From NCBI GenBank assembly GCA_965205265.1, contig CBDBGH010000003.1:4416001-4480000 (forward strand): a stretch of 64,000 nucleotides of DNA. Direction: 5' to 3'. Of this stretch, positions 42,653 to 53,782 are shown piece by piece (the stretch's first letter is position 1; each line of letters begins with the position of its first letter). Both the position numbers and the translations under genes were made by a program. Below the pieces are notes generated by a model. The model worked only from the letters and a program-made list of their open reading frames with translations, made no database searches and had not been told where the DNA came from. This stretch comes from Alphaproteobacteria bacterium. Lineage in GTDB: Bacteria > Pseudomonadota > Alphaproteobacteria > Bin95.

Positions 42653-43091
42653 GATGGGCGTCGAGCATCCAGGCCGTCTTGTCGTGCTCCGTCATGCGCC
42701 CGATCATCATGTCCACCGTCACCTCGTCGCCTGCCTCCTCGGCGGTTTTCAGCAAGGCGCCCGCCTCTCCGGAAAGCCTCCGGTGGTCTTCGGCAAGCGC
42801 GGCGATCATCGCCTCGGCGGCAGGCGGCGCTGCCGGCGCATCGCCGACGGGGCTAAGCGCCGCAAACGCCCCGAGTCCGCCCGGCGCATGGTCGCCAAGC
42901 GCGCGGATGCGCTCCGCCAGCGTGTCCGACGCTTCCTGCAGCGCGCCGTACTGCTCCTCGAACAGGCCGTGCAGGGCAGCGAAATGCGGCCCTTCGACAT
43001 TCCAGTGAAAGTTCTGCGTCTTGACCGCAAGTGCGGCCGTGCCGGCGAGCACACGGGCCAGTCCGGCGGTCACAGGAGTGTTGCGGGCCAT
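42645..43091 (-). CDS. dps: Dps family ferritin-like protein
   Basis: NFHWNVEG..F..LH..FEEQY, D.LAERIR, HDKTAWML; RBS GGAGG before ATG 43091. Confidence 0.92.
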   Translation of the reverse strand: MARNTPVTAGLARVLAGTAALAVKTQNFHWNVEGPHFAALHGLFEEQYGALQEASDTLAERIRALGDHAPGGLGAFAALSPVGDAPAAPPAAEAMIAALAEDHRRLSGEAGALLKTAEEAGDEVTVDMMIGRMTEHDKTAWMLDAHLR

Positions 43092-43157
43092 CGCCGCCTC
43101 CATTGTTTGGAATGATTCCAATTTAGGATGCGGCTGCCCGGATTCAAGTCCTCCCGG

Positions 43158-44585
43158 TCAGGCGAAGCGCATCAGGAAACGGACCAGGCGGCGGGTCCGG
43201 GGGCCGAACAGCGTATCGGTGTAGTAGCTGCCGGCGGCGCGTTTCGACACCTCGCCGAGTGTCGGATAGGGCGCGATCATGCCTGCCAGCGCCCCGATGC
43301 GGAGCTTCTGGGAGACCGCCAGCACCCATGGCTGGATGAGCTCGCCCGCATGGGGGCCGACAATGGTGGCGCCGAGCACCCGGCCGCCCGGCCCGACCAT
43401 CGCCTTCACGAAGCCCTCCGTATCGCGCTCCGCCCGGGCGCGGTCGTTTTCGGCGAAATCGTGGCGCAGCACGCGCGCCTTCTTCCCGAAGGCCTGTTTG
43501 GCCATCGCCTCGGTCATGCCGACATGGGCGAGCTCGGGGTCGGTATAGGTGACCCACGGCGCCGCGGTCGTGTCCGCCCTGGCCGGCAGGCGGAAGAGCG
43601 CATTGCGGATCGCGATGCCGGCATGGTAGCCGGCCACATGCGTGAAGCGCAGCCCGCCCGCCACATCGCCGACCGCCAGAACGCGCTTGTCCGAAGCGCG
43701 CAGCCGGCCGTCCACCGTCACGCCCTCGGGCGTCCAGGCGATGCCCCCGGCGTCGAGGTCGAGGCCCTCCAGGTCCGGCTGGCGGCCGGCCGCAACCAGC
43801 AGGTGGCTGCCCTCGACCGTCTCCGGCCGGCCGTTCGCCTCGAAACGCAGGGTTACGGCCCCGGACCCCCCCGACGCTTCGCTCACTTCCGCATGTTCGT
43901 GAAGCCGCACGCCTTCCGCGACGAGGCGCGCGCGGATGAGCGCGGCGGCGTCCCCGTCGTCGCGCGGCAGGATCGGCCCGCGCTGCACCACCGTCACCTC
44001 CGCGCCGAGCCGGCGGTGCGCCTGGGCGAGCTCGATGCCGACCGGGCCGCCGCCGAGCACCAGCAGATGCGCCGGCGTCTCCTCGAGGTCGAAGATCGTC
44101 TCATTGGTGAGGAAGGGCACCCGGTCGAGACCGGGAACGGGCGGCACCACCGGCCTGGAGCCCGTCGCCAGCACGATCCAGCGCGCCCGGGCGCGAACGC
44201 CGCCGCCTTCGAGCAGCCGCCTGTCGACGAAGCGGGCCGGCGCCTCGACCACGCGCACGCCGAGCCCTTCGAAGCGCTCGACGCTGTCATGCGGCGCGAT
44301 GGCGGCGATGACCCCCTGGACATGGCGGCGGAGCGCGGCCGGGTCCACCCTCGGCGTCTCGGGCGCGATGCCGAAGCGGCCCGCATTGCGAAACGCCGAG
44401 GCAGCATGGGCGGCGGCGATGGTGGCCTTGGACGGCACGCAGCCATAGTTCAGGCAGTCGCCTCCCATGCGGCCCTTCTCGAACAGCAGCACCGAGGCGC
44501 CCATCTGCGCCGCGCCGGCAGCCACGGAGAGCCCGCCGGAGCCGCCGCCGACCACCGCGATATCGACCCGGACCGTTTCCGTCAT
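43158..44585 (-). CDS. pyridine nucleotide-disulfide oxidoreductase (dihydrolipoamide dehydrogenase/MerA-like)
   Basis: GGGSGG, GGDCLNYGCVPSK, TYTDPELA, PYPT; no C-terminal CC. Confidence 0.88.
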   Translation of the reverse strand: MTETVRVDIAVVGGGSGGLSVAAGAAQMGASVLLFEKGRMGGDCLNYGCVPSKATIAAAHAASAFRNAGRFGIAPETPRVDPAALRRHVQGVIAAIAPHDSVERFEGLGVRVVEAPARFVDRRLLEGGGVRARARWIVLATGSRPVVPPVPGLDRVPFLTNETIFDLEETPAHLLVLGGGPVGIELAQAHRRLGAEVTVVQRGPILPRDDGDAAALIRARLVAEGVRLHEHAEVSEASGGSGAVTLRFEANGRPETVEGSHLLVAAGRQPDLEGLDLDAGGIAWTPEGVTVDGRLRASDKRVLAVGDVAGGLRFTHVAGYHAGIAIRNALFRLPARADTTAAPWVTYTDPELAHVGMTEAMAKQAFGKKARVLRHDFAENDRARAERDTEGFVKAMVGPGGRVLGATIVGPHAGELIQPWVLAVSQKLRIGALAGMIAPYPTLGEVSKRAAGSYYTDTLFGPRTRRLVRFLMRFA

Positions 44586-44713
44586 CCGCCTGTCTCCCTG
44601 CCGCTCGGTATGCCGGACCGTTTCATGCTTGTCTTCCTTTCGGCAAGCCCGGATACTTTATGTGGGTACTCTAAGTCCTTTCTTCGCCCCGGAGCCACGC
44701 CGGAGGGCGTTCC

Positions 44714-45616
44714 ATGAACGCCTCGTCCCTCGAAGAAACGGTCCGGCGGGCTGCCGAATTGCTTGGCGCCGGCGACCATGAACAGGCAGCGCCGCTCTAT
44801 GAGCGGATGCTGGAGGCCGAAGACGGCCGCGCCGAGGGCCATCTGGGGCTGGCGCGAACGCATTTCGGGCAGGGCCGCCCGGACGAGGCCGCCCGGCATT
44901 TGCGTTCGGCGGCGGACTTGCGGCCGGGCGATGCGGAAATCCAGGGAGAGCTCGCGCTGGTGCTGCGCCGGCTGGGCCTCACCGGCGAGGCGTCGGTCGC
45001 GGCGGCCCGCGCCGCCCAGCTCGCGCCGCAGGAGACCGACTTCCACTGGCTGAACGGCGCCTTGCTGCTCATCAACGGGCGCTACGCCGAAGGCTGGGCC
45101 GCATGGGGGCAGGCCCGGGTGCTGGAGGACGCTGCCGCCGATACCAGCCGCTATCGGCCGCCGCGCTGGGACGGCCGGCGGCTCGACGGCGAAACCCTGC
45201 TGCTGGATGCGGGCGGCAATGACATCGATGCCGTGCAGTTTTGCCGCTACCTGCCCGCCGTGCGGACCCGCGGCGCCCTTCCGGCCATTGCCTGCAGCGA
45301 ATCGGCGGCGGAGCTGCTTTCCGGTCTGCCGGGCCTGCTCTGGCTCGCCGCGCCCGGCGAAAACCGTCCTCCCTACGACCTTACGGCCAGTTTCGACGAC
45401 CTGCCGCGCCTGTTCGAGACGACCCCGGCGACCGTGCCGCCGCCCGCCGGCATCGAGGTCAATCCGCGGCAGCGGCGATACTGGCAGGAGACGCTGGCCG
45501 GAGCGCCTTCGCCGCGCGTGGCGGTTGCCTGGACCGGGGCGGAACCCTGGCCGGAAGGGCTTCTCGAAATCGCCGGCGCCCGCTTCTACACCTTCCTCGA
45601 GCCGTGCCCGGCATGA
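44714..45616 (+). CDS. TPR + glycosyltransferase (GT9-like) protein, N-terminal part
   Basis: TPR-like helices, then GRYAEGW, PRWDG, QFCRYLP and DLPRLF.TT; the domain breaks off at the stop. Confidence 0.65.
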   Translation: MNASSLEETVRRAAELLGAGDHEQAAPLYERMLEAEDGRAEGHLGLARTHFGQGRPDEAARHLRSAADLRPGDAEIQGELALVLRRLGLTGEASVAAARAAQLAPQETDFHWLNGALLLINGRYAEGWAAWGQARVLEDAAADTSRYRPPRWDGRRLDGETLLLDAGGNDIDAVQFCRYLPAVRTRGALPAIACSESAAELLSGLPGLLWLAAPGENRPPYDLTASFDDLPRLFETTPATVPPPAGIEVNPRQRRYWQETLAGAPSPRVAVAWTGAEPWPEGLLEIAGARFYTFLEPCPA

Positions 45617-47178
45617 CGCCGCTTTCCGAGAAGCCGTTCGCGCTGGATGCCGCCGCCGCAATGCTCGAAGAGTTCGAGATGGTGGTAAGCGACGACAACC
45701 CCATCGGCCACCTCGCAGGCACGCTCGGCCGGCCCTGCTGGATGATGCTCGACATCGCGCCCGACTGGCGCTGGCTTCAGGCCCGGCGCGACACGCCGTG
45801 GTATCCGTCCATGCGGCTGGTGCGTCAGGAGCGCGTGGGCGACTGGAGCGCGCCGCTTGCCATCGTGCGGCGCGAGATCGAGCGCGGCCTCGCCAGGCAT
45901 GCCGACCGGCTCGCCGCCGCCGAAGCCGCGCTGGCCGACGGACAGGTGCGGCGCGCGGCAGCGCTGCTCGCCGCGGGCGGCCAGTCCTGGCGCGGAGATG
46001 CGCGGATGCACCGCCTGCTCGGCGACCTCGCCCTGGCGCAGGGCCGCCTGGACGACTCCGCGCGCGCGCTTCACCGCGCCGTGGCCGCCGCGCCGGGCGA
46101 CGCCGGGGTCCACAGCGCCTTCGCCGGCGTGCTGGCGCAGCTCGGCGCCCACCGCGACCGCGAGCGGATGGCGGCCCGCGCCGTGGCGCTGGATCCCTCC
46201 GCCCCGGAACCGCGCCTCCTCCACGCCGACGCGCTGGAGGCGCTCGGCCGGTCCGACGAGGCGCTTGCCGTCTATACCGACGCCCACGACCTTGCGCCGA
46301 AAGACCGCGCCACCGCCGCCGCGCTGTCCTCGGCGCTGTTGAGGCGCGGCAATTTCGACGCGGGACTGCCGCTGCTGCCGGCGGGCCCGCTGCCGCCGGC
46401 GGGGCTCCAGGCCATCGAGGGCGCGGATGTCATCATCGATGCGGTCAATGACGACATCGAGGCGGTCTGGCTGCTGCGCTATGCGCCGCTGCTGGACTCG
46501 GCCGCGCGCGTTCTGGCGGCGGTGCGGCCGGGGCTCCAGCGCCTGGTAACCGGCCAGTCCGGCGTGGACGGCGTGCTCGTCGCCGGGCAGGCCCGGCCGC
46601 CGGGCGCGCTGACGCTCCCGGCCGCGGCGCTGCCGCGGCTGTTCGGCACGACCCTGGAGACGATCCCGGCCGATATTCCCTATTTCCGGGCGAACGAGAT
46701 GCTGGCCCGGCACTGGCGGTCGCGCTTCGCGCGCCCGGCCCGGCTGCGGGTAGGCATCGCCTGGGGCGAACGCCCGCTTCTGGAGGCGATGGCGCCGCTC
46801 TTCGACATCGAGGGCGCGGCTTTTTTCAGCCTGGAGACCGAGTCCGGCTCCCGGACGCTGGCCGCGCTCCGCAGCCGGGCCGGCATCACGGACATCTCGA
46901 CCCGGATCACCGATGCGGCCGAGCTGGCCGCCGCGATCTCCGCCCTCGACATGGTTGTCGGCCCGGACGGCCCGGCGGTGCATGTCGCCGGCGCGCTCGG
47001 CGTGCCGGCGGCCGTGCTGCTCACCCGCCCGGCGCACTGGCGCTGGCTTTCCGACCGGAACGACAGCCCCTGGTATCCCCTGTCCCGCCTGTTCCGCCAG
47101 CGCCGCTTGGACGACTGGACCGACCCCGTCGCGGAGCTCGCCATCGTGCTCAAGCAGGCCGTGTTCGATGCCGACTGA
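45613..47178 (+). CDS. TPR + glycosyltransferase-like protein, C-terminal part (possibly a frameshifted continuation)
   Basis: Begins with GHLAG.LG.P.W...DWRW...TPWYPSMRL.RQ, then TPRs, then a second complete GT-like domain ending HWRW...SPWYP.SRLFRQ. Confidence 0.65.
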   Translation: MTPLSEKPFALDAAAAMLEEFEMVVSDDNPIGHLAGTLGRPCWMMLDIAPDWRWLQARRDTPWYPSMRLVRQERVGDWSAPLAIVRREIERGLARHADRLAAAEAALADGQVRRAAALLAAGGQSWRGDARMHRLLGDLALAQGRLDDSARALHRAVAAAPGDAGVHSAFAGVLAQLGAHRDRERMAARAVALDPSAPEPRLLHADALEALGRSDEALAVYTDAHDLAPKDRATAAALSSALLRRGNFDAGLPLLPAGPLPPAGLQAIEGADVIIDAVNDDIEAVWLLRYAPLLDSAARVLAAVRPGLQRLVTGQSGVDGVLVAGQARPPGALTLPAAALPRLFGTTLETIPADIPYFRANEMLARHWRSRFARPARLRVGIAWGERPLLEAMAPLFDIEGAAFFSLETESGSRTLAALRSRAGITDISTRITDAAELAAAISALDMVVGPDGPAVHVAGALGVPAAVLLTRPAHWRWLSDRNDSPWYPLSRLFRQRRLDDWTDPVAELAIVLKQAVFDAD

Positions 47179-47224
47179 GACGCGGCCCCTCGATTGCGGC
47201 GCCCGGTCCGGGCTATGTTGCGGC

Positions 47225-47300
47225 GGGCCCGTAGTTCAGCGGTCAGAACCCGCCGCTCATAACGGCGTTGTCGCAGGTTCGAATCCTGCCGGGCCCACCA
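47225..47300 (+). tRNA. tRNA with CAT anticodon, probably tRNA-Ile2 (lysidine)
   Basis: GGGCCCG/CGGGCCC acceptor stem, CGCCG-CTCATAA-CGGCG anticodon arm, GGTTCGAATCC T loop, encoded CCA; the G1-C72 pair argues against fMet. Confidence 0.93.
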
Positions 47301-47325
47301 GCCGTCCCCTTATCGACCCGGCCGC

Positions 47326-47808
47326 GTGAGCGCCGTCCGCCTCTACCGGGCGCGCGCCGACGACCGCTCGCTCGCCTGGACCGTCGATGCCTGGCGGCGG
47401 CTCGGCCTCGGCCCCGGCACGGCGCTGTTCACCACCGCAGAGGGTGTGCGGGTCGCTCCGTTCGAGGCCGGCCCGCCGATGGTGGAGGCCGCTTTCGATG
47501 CGCGCATGATGTCCGAACGGGCGGAGCTGCGCTGGCTCGCCGCCGGACGCCGGGAGGGCCTGCGCATCGGGCCGGCGGTGCTGGTCGGCGAGGTCGCGAC
47601 GCCGCTCGTCGAGGGCTTTGCGCGCCTGGACCCGCACGACGCCCATCCGCGCGAGGTCGGCTACACCGTTCCGGCGCTCCTCGAGGGTGAGGGCCGCCCG
47701 GTCTCCGTTGCGCTCCGCCTTGTCGAATATGTCGATTCCGCCGACCCCGACCATCCCGGCCGCGTGGACGAACGCCTCGCCGCCGCCGTAATCCTGCCGG
47801 ACCCGTAG
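47326..47808 (+). CDS. Csx19-like protein (type III-D CRISPR accessory family), orphan
   Basis: AFDARMMSERAELRWL and LRLVEYV....VDERL resemble the Csx19 FeaR.F....ElRW and L...EY...v.deRL motifs; 160 aa. Recognised by eye only. Confidence 0.5.
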   Translation: MSAVRLYRARADDRSLAWTVDAWRRLGLGPGTALFTTAEGVRVAPFEAGPPMVEAAFDARMMSERAELRWLAAGRREGLRIGPAVLVGEVATPLVEGFARLDPHDAHPREVGYTVPALLEGEGRPVSVALRLVEYVDSADPDHPGRVDERLAAAVILPDP

Positions 47809-47992
47809 CTCCGGCGGCCGCCGATCGGAACCGATAGCGACAGCGTTCCCTGCCGTCGCACGGCTATCCCGCGAGCGGGAAGGGTGAGGTTTGGGCCTCC
47901 CGGTCTCCCTGCATGCCGCTCGGAATTGACTTCTCCCGGCGCCCGCTCGACACTCGCCCGGACCCTGCCCCGAGAAACCCAGGGAGACGCCG

Positions 47993-49069
47993 ATGCGCAC
48001 GGCTTCCGGAGTCCGGCCGACGCGCCGCCGCTTCCTCGCAGGAACGGGCGCTGCGGCGGCGGGCCTCGCCTTCCTGCCGCAAGCGGCGCGCGCCGGCGAG
48101 GAGCCCAGGCTCAATTTCTACAACTGGGACACCTATATCGGCGGGACCACCCTTGCGGATTTCAAGGCAGAGACCGGCATATCGGTCCGGATGGACCACT
48201 ATGCCGACAATGACGAGCTGTTCGGGAGGCTGAGGGCCGGCAATCCCGGCTACGACGTGATCGTGCCGACCGGCGATTTCGTCGAGCGCATGATCGCCGC
48301 CGGCATGCTGATGCCGCTCGACCATGCGGCGATTCCCAACATGGCGAATATCGAGCCGGCCTTCCGGGACGCCGCCTTCGACCCCGGCCGGCGCCATTCC
48401 ATCCCCTATATGTGGGGCACGATGGGCATCGGCTACCGCAAGTCCCGCTGCGACGGCGCGCCCGACAGCTGGCGCTGGCTCTACGACTCGGACCGTTACA
48501 GCGGGCGCTGCGCGCTGCTGAGCGAGGCAGGCGCGGTGCTGGGCGCGGCCTTCAAATATCTGGGCCATCCGCTCAATACGACCGACCCGAAGCTGATCGA
48601 GGCGGCCGAGGCGCTGATTGTCGCGCAGAAGCCGCACCTCAAGCTGTTCGCGCCGGACAACGGGCAGGACCTGCTGCTTGCCGGCGAGGTGGATATCGCG
48701 ATGGAGTGGAACGGCGACATCCTGCAGGCGATGGCGGCGGACGACGACATCTCCTATGTCGTGCCGCGCGAGGGGTCGATCGTGTCCGAGGACGCGCTTG
48801 CGATCCCGCGGGGCGCGCCGCATCCCGAAAATGCGCATGCCTTCATAAACTTTGTCCTCGACGCCGAGGCGGGCGCGGCCATTGCGGAGACGGTCCGCTA
48901 TGCGACGCCGAACGCCGCCGCCAGGGCGCTGCTGCCGGAAAGCTACACCCGGAACCCGGGCATCTTCCCGAGCGAAGAGACGCTCGCGGCCTGCGAGCCG
49001 GCGCTCTACCGGGGGCAGGAGGCCGCGCGGCTCTACGAGGCGGCCTGGACCCGGATCCGGGCGGCCTGA
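47993..49069 (+). CDS. PotD/PotF family polyamine-binding protein with Tat signal
   Basis: TRRRFL, NFYNWDTYI, GYDVIVP, IPYMWGT.GI. Confidence 0.9.
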   Translation: MRTASGVRPTRRRFLAGTGAAAAGLAFLPQAARAGEEPRLNFYNWDTYIGGTTLADFKAETGISVRMDHYADNDELFGRLRAGNPGYDVIVPTGDFVERMIAAGMLMPLDHAAIPNMANIEPAFRDAAFDPGRRHSIPYMWGTMGIGYRKSRCDGAPDSWRWLYDSDRYSGRCALLSEAGAVLGAAFKYLGHPLNTTDPKLIEAAEALIVAQKPHLKLFAPDNGQDLLLAGEVDIAMEWNGDILQAMAADDDISYVVPREGSIVSEDALAIPRGAPHPENAHAFINFVLDAEAGAAIAETVRYATPNAAARALLPESYTRNPGIFPSEETLAACEPALYRGQEAARLYEAAWTRIRAA

Positions 49070-49131
49070 CCGCAGGGGCCGGGGTTGCCGGGAGCAGGAC
49101 GGAACGGTTCCACCTGAAGCGAGGTCCTCGC

Positions 49132-49767
49132 ATGACCGATACCGGAACGCCGAAACGCAGGCTGATCGAAGGCCGGCCGGCCCTGATCGTCATCGACATC
49201 CAGCAATCCGCCTTCGTGGAAAAGGAGGTCCGCTCGATCCCGCACATGCCGGACTATGCCGAGCGGGTCGCCCGCGCCCGCTTCGCCATCGACCGGGCGC
49301 GCGAGGCGGGAATCCCGATTGTCTTCATCCAGGAGATCCACCGGGCCGACCTGGTGGATTTCGGCCGCGAGCTCGACGGCAGCGAGGACGTCCACTGCCT
49401 CGACAACAATCCGGAAACGGCGCTGGCGAAGGAGGTGACCGGCTTCCGCGACGGGGACTACCTCGTCCAGAAGCGCCGCTATTCGGCCTTTTACGGCACC
49501 GATCTGGAAATCCTTCTGCGGGGGCTCGGGGCCGACACCCTGCTGCTGACGGGCGGACTGACCGATGTCTGCGTCCACTACACCTTCGTCGATGGCCATC
49601 AGGGCGACTATTTCTGCCGCGTGATCGAGGATTGCACCGCCGGCTCCAGCCCGGAGGCGCATGAAGCGGCGCTGCGGGCGATGGAATATCTGCAGACCGG
49701 CGCCCGGCGGTCCCTGGACGAGGTGCTGGCCGCGATGGACAGCTACGGCAGGAGCGAGGCCGCCTGA
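49132..49767 (+). CDS. isochorismatase family cysteine hydrolase
   Basis: ALIVIDIQ, KRRYSAFYGTDL, TDVCV. Confidence 0.9.
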   Translation: MTDTGTPKRRLIEGRPALIVIDIQQSAFVEKEVRSIPHMPDYAERVARARFAIDRAREAGIPIVFIQEIHRADLVDFGRELDGSEDVHCLDNNPETALAKEVTGFRDGDYLVQKRRYSAFYGTDLEILLRGLGADTLLLTGGLTDVCVHYTFVDGHQGDYFCRVIEDCTAGSSPEAHEAALRAMEYLQTGARRSLDEVLAAMDSYGRSEAA

Positions 49768-49806
49768 ACGGCCCGGCCGGCTCCGGGAAACGGAGGGAGG
49801 GCGATC

Positions 49807-50280
49807 ATGGTCGCTGCGATGCTCCTGGCGGCGGTGACGCTGCTCTATGCGGGCTACAACCTTCTCATCAAGCTGTCGGGGACCCATGTCCCGGCGTCGG
49901 CCACCACGACGGTGCTGGCGACGGTCTGCCTGCAGGTCGCGGCGCTTTCCACCTCGGTGCTGTTCCTGGGCTTCCTGGCGGCGCAGGGCGGCCATGTCTT
50001 CGCGCTCGCGCCGAGGGCCTATTTCTGGGCCGTGCTGGCCGGCCTGTGCATCGGCGCCGCCGAGATCGGGTATTTCTACCTCTTCGGCGGGATCGGCCTC
50101 GACAGGCCCATGCGGGCGGGCGTCGCCATCCCTGTCATCGTCGCGGGGACGGTCGCGCTCGCAACGGTCGCATCGGTAGTCGTCTTCGGCGAAGCCTTCG
50201 GTTGGCGGCAATTGGCAGGGACAGTGCTGGTCGCGGGCGGGATCGTCCTGATTTTCCTCGAACCGGGCGCCCTCCGGTGA
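49807..50280 (+). CDS. small DMT/EamA-like membrane protein
   Basis: Five hydrophobic helices; FGE...RQLAG..L...GI. Confidence 0.65.
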   Translation: MVAAMLLAAVTLLYAGYNLLIKLSGTHVPASATTTVLATVCLQVAALSTSVLFLGFLAAQGGHVFALAPRAYFWAVLAGLCIGAAEIGYFYLFGGIGLDRPMRAGVAIPVIVAGTVALATVASVVVFGEAFGWRQLAGTVLVAGGIVLIFLEPGALR

Positions 50281-50296
50281 GATAGAGTCCGCCGCC

Positions 50297-50866
50297 ATGC
50301 TGGTAGAAATATCCCCGGAGCGCCACGGCGTCGCCTTCGATATCGCCTATGCGCGTGCGGACAATGTCACCGGAAAGCCGATCTATACCCGCCCGGCCGC
50401 GTGGCTCGTGCCGGAGGCGGAGGAGGCCCTTTTGCGTGCGGCCGAACTTGCGCGGGCGCAGGGGCTCGGCCTCCTGCTGTTCGACGCCTTCCGGCCGCTG
50501 GAGGCGCAATGGGCGCTCTGGCGCGCCATCCCGGACCCGGCCTATATCGCCGACCCGCGCCGGGGCGGCATCCACACGCGCGGCGTCGCCGTCGATCTGA
50601 CGCTCACGGGACCCGGCGGCAAGCCGCTCGACATGGGCACGGGCTTCGACGACCTTACGCCCGCCTCGCATCACGGCTCTGCGGCGGTGCCGCCGGAGGC
50701 GCAGCGCAACCGCGCGCTCCTGCTCGGCCTGATGAGCGCCGCAGGCTGGGACTTCTACATGCGCGAATGGTGGCACTACCAGCTCTTCCGCCCGCGCCGC
50801 TATCCGGCGCTCACCGACCGCGAGGCGGGCACGGGCATGATGGCCGCCAGCAACGAATTCCCTTGA
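50297..50866 (+). CDS. ddpX: D-alanyl-D-alanine dipeptidase (VanX/M15D)
   Basis: DAFRP, H.RG.AVDLTL, DMGTGFDD, EWWHY. Confidence 0.9.
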   Translation: MLVEISPERHGVAFDIAYARADNVTGKPIYTRPAAWLVPEAEEALLRAAELARAQGLGLLLFDAFRPLEAQWALWRAIPDPAYIADPRRGGIHTRGVAVDLTLTGPGGKPLDMGTGFDDLTPASHHGSAAVPPEAQRNRALLLGLMSAAGWDFYMREWWHYQLFRPRRYPALTDREAGTGMMAASNEFP

Positions 50867-50936
50867 TCGCCGGCGGCCGGCCCGGCAATGTACGGGTCGA
50901 GGTTCGCGGAACCCACAGCCGGTAAGGGGACGATTC

Positions 50937-51215
50937 ATGACACCGGAACTCGCCGCAATTCTTGGCGTCGGGATCGCGCTGGCCGGTTTGCTCTGGCAGG
51001 GGCTGCGCAACGTCAACGCCCGCATCGACCGTGTTGAGACCAATCTCAACGCTCGCATCGACCGCGTGGAGACCGCTCTCGGCGCTCGTATCGACCGCAT
51101 TGAGGAAGAATTACGGGAAATTCGCGACCGCCTGTCCCGGCTGGAAGGCAAGATGGACTTTCTTGAGGGCTATATCGTGCGCCGCAACGAGCACCCCGGC
51201 GCGCCCGCCGAGTGA
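50937..51215 (+). CDS. small membrane-anchored coiled-coil protein with 11-aa repeats
   Basis: N-terminal TM segment AILGVGIALAGLLW, then (N/G)ARIDR(V/I)E x3. Confidence 0.7.
   Translation: MTPELAAILGVGIALAGLLWQGLRNVNARIDRVETNLNARIDRVETALGARIDRIEEELREIRDRLSRLEGKMDFLEGYIVRRNEHPGAPAE
51015..51113 (+). repeat. 3 x 33-bp intragenic tandem repeat
   Basis: aacgcccgcatcgaccgtgttgagaccaatctc / aacgctcgcatcgaccgcgtggagaccgctctc / ggcgctcgtatcgaccgcattgaggaagaatta. Confidence 0.8.
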
Positions 51216-51244
51216 CGCCCGCCCGCAGATAAGGAACACGTTCG

Positions 51245-51535
51245 ATGACCGCCTATATCGTCGTCCGCGTGAAGGTGACCGACCCCGAGCAATACAAGCG
51301 CTATACGGCCCGCACGCCGGACTGCGTCGCCTCCTTCGGCGGGCGCTTCATCGTGCGCGGCGGCGAGACGGTGACGCTGGAGGGGCCGGAATTCGGCGAC
51401 CGCATGGTCGTCATCGAGTTTCCCTCGCTGGAACGGGCGCAGGAATTCTACAACTCGCCTGAATACACGGAGATCAAGGCGCTGCGCGCCCATGCGGCGG
51501 TGGGCGAGTTCGTCGCGGTCGAAGGGGCGGACTGA
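51245..51535 (+). CDS. DUF1330 domain protein
   Basis: AYIVV..VTDPE.Y, GGRFIVRGG, VVIEFPS...A..FYNSPEY. Confidence 0.88.
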   Translation: MTAYIVVRVKVTDPEQYKRYTARTPDCVASFGGRFIVRGGETVTLEGPEFGDRMVVIEFPSLERAQEFYNSPEYTEIKALRAHAAVGEFVAVEGAD

Positions 51536-51614
51536 CGCCGGACGCGGCGATTCCCGCCCCGCCGCCGAGTCGCTATAAGATAGGCCTCCCCGCCGGACGA
51601 AGGGAGAGGCAGCC

Positions 51615-53765
<2,151 letters not shown>

Positions 53766-53782
53766 AGGCCGCCGCGCGGCGC

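Noticed and set aside
43158-44585. Mercuric reductase merA
   Set aside because: It lacks the C-terminal Cys-Cys pair and any mer operon context.
47280-47300. tRNA 3'-end duplication (attR) marking an integrated island
   Set aside because: No second copy noticed in the window and no integrase present.
47809-47992. Possible CRISPR array or riboswitch after the Csx19-like gene
   Set aside because: There are small hairpins (GATAGC/GCTATC) but no repeated unit with spacers and no riboswitch consensus that I recognise.
51015-51113. 33-bp repeats as a mini CRISPR array
   Set aside because: The repeats are contiguous with no spacers, in frame, and vary at synonymous positions, so they are a protein repeat.
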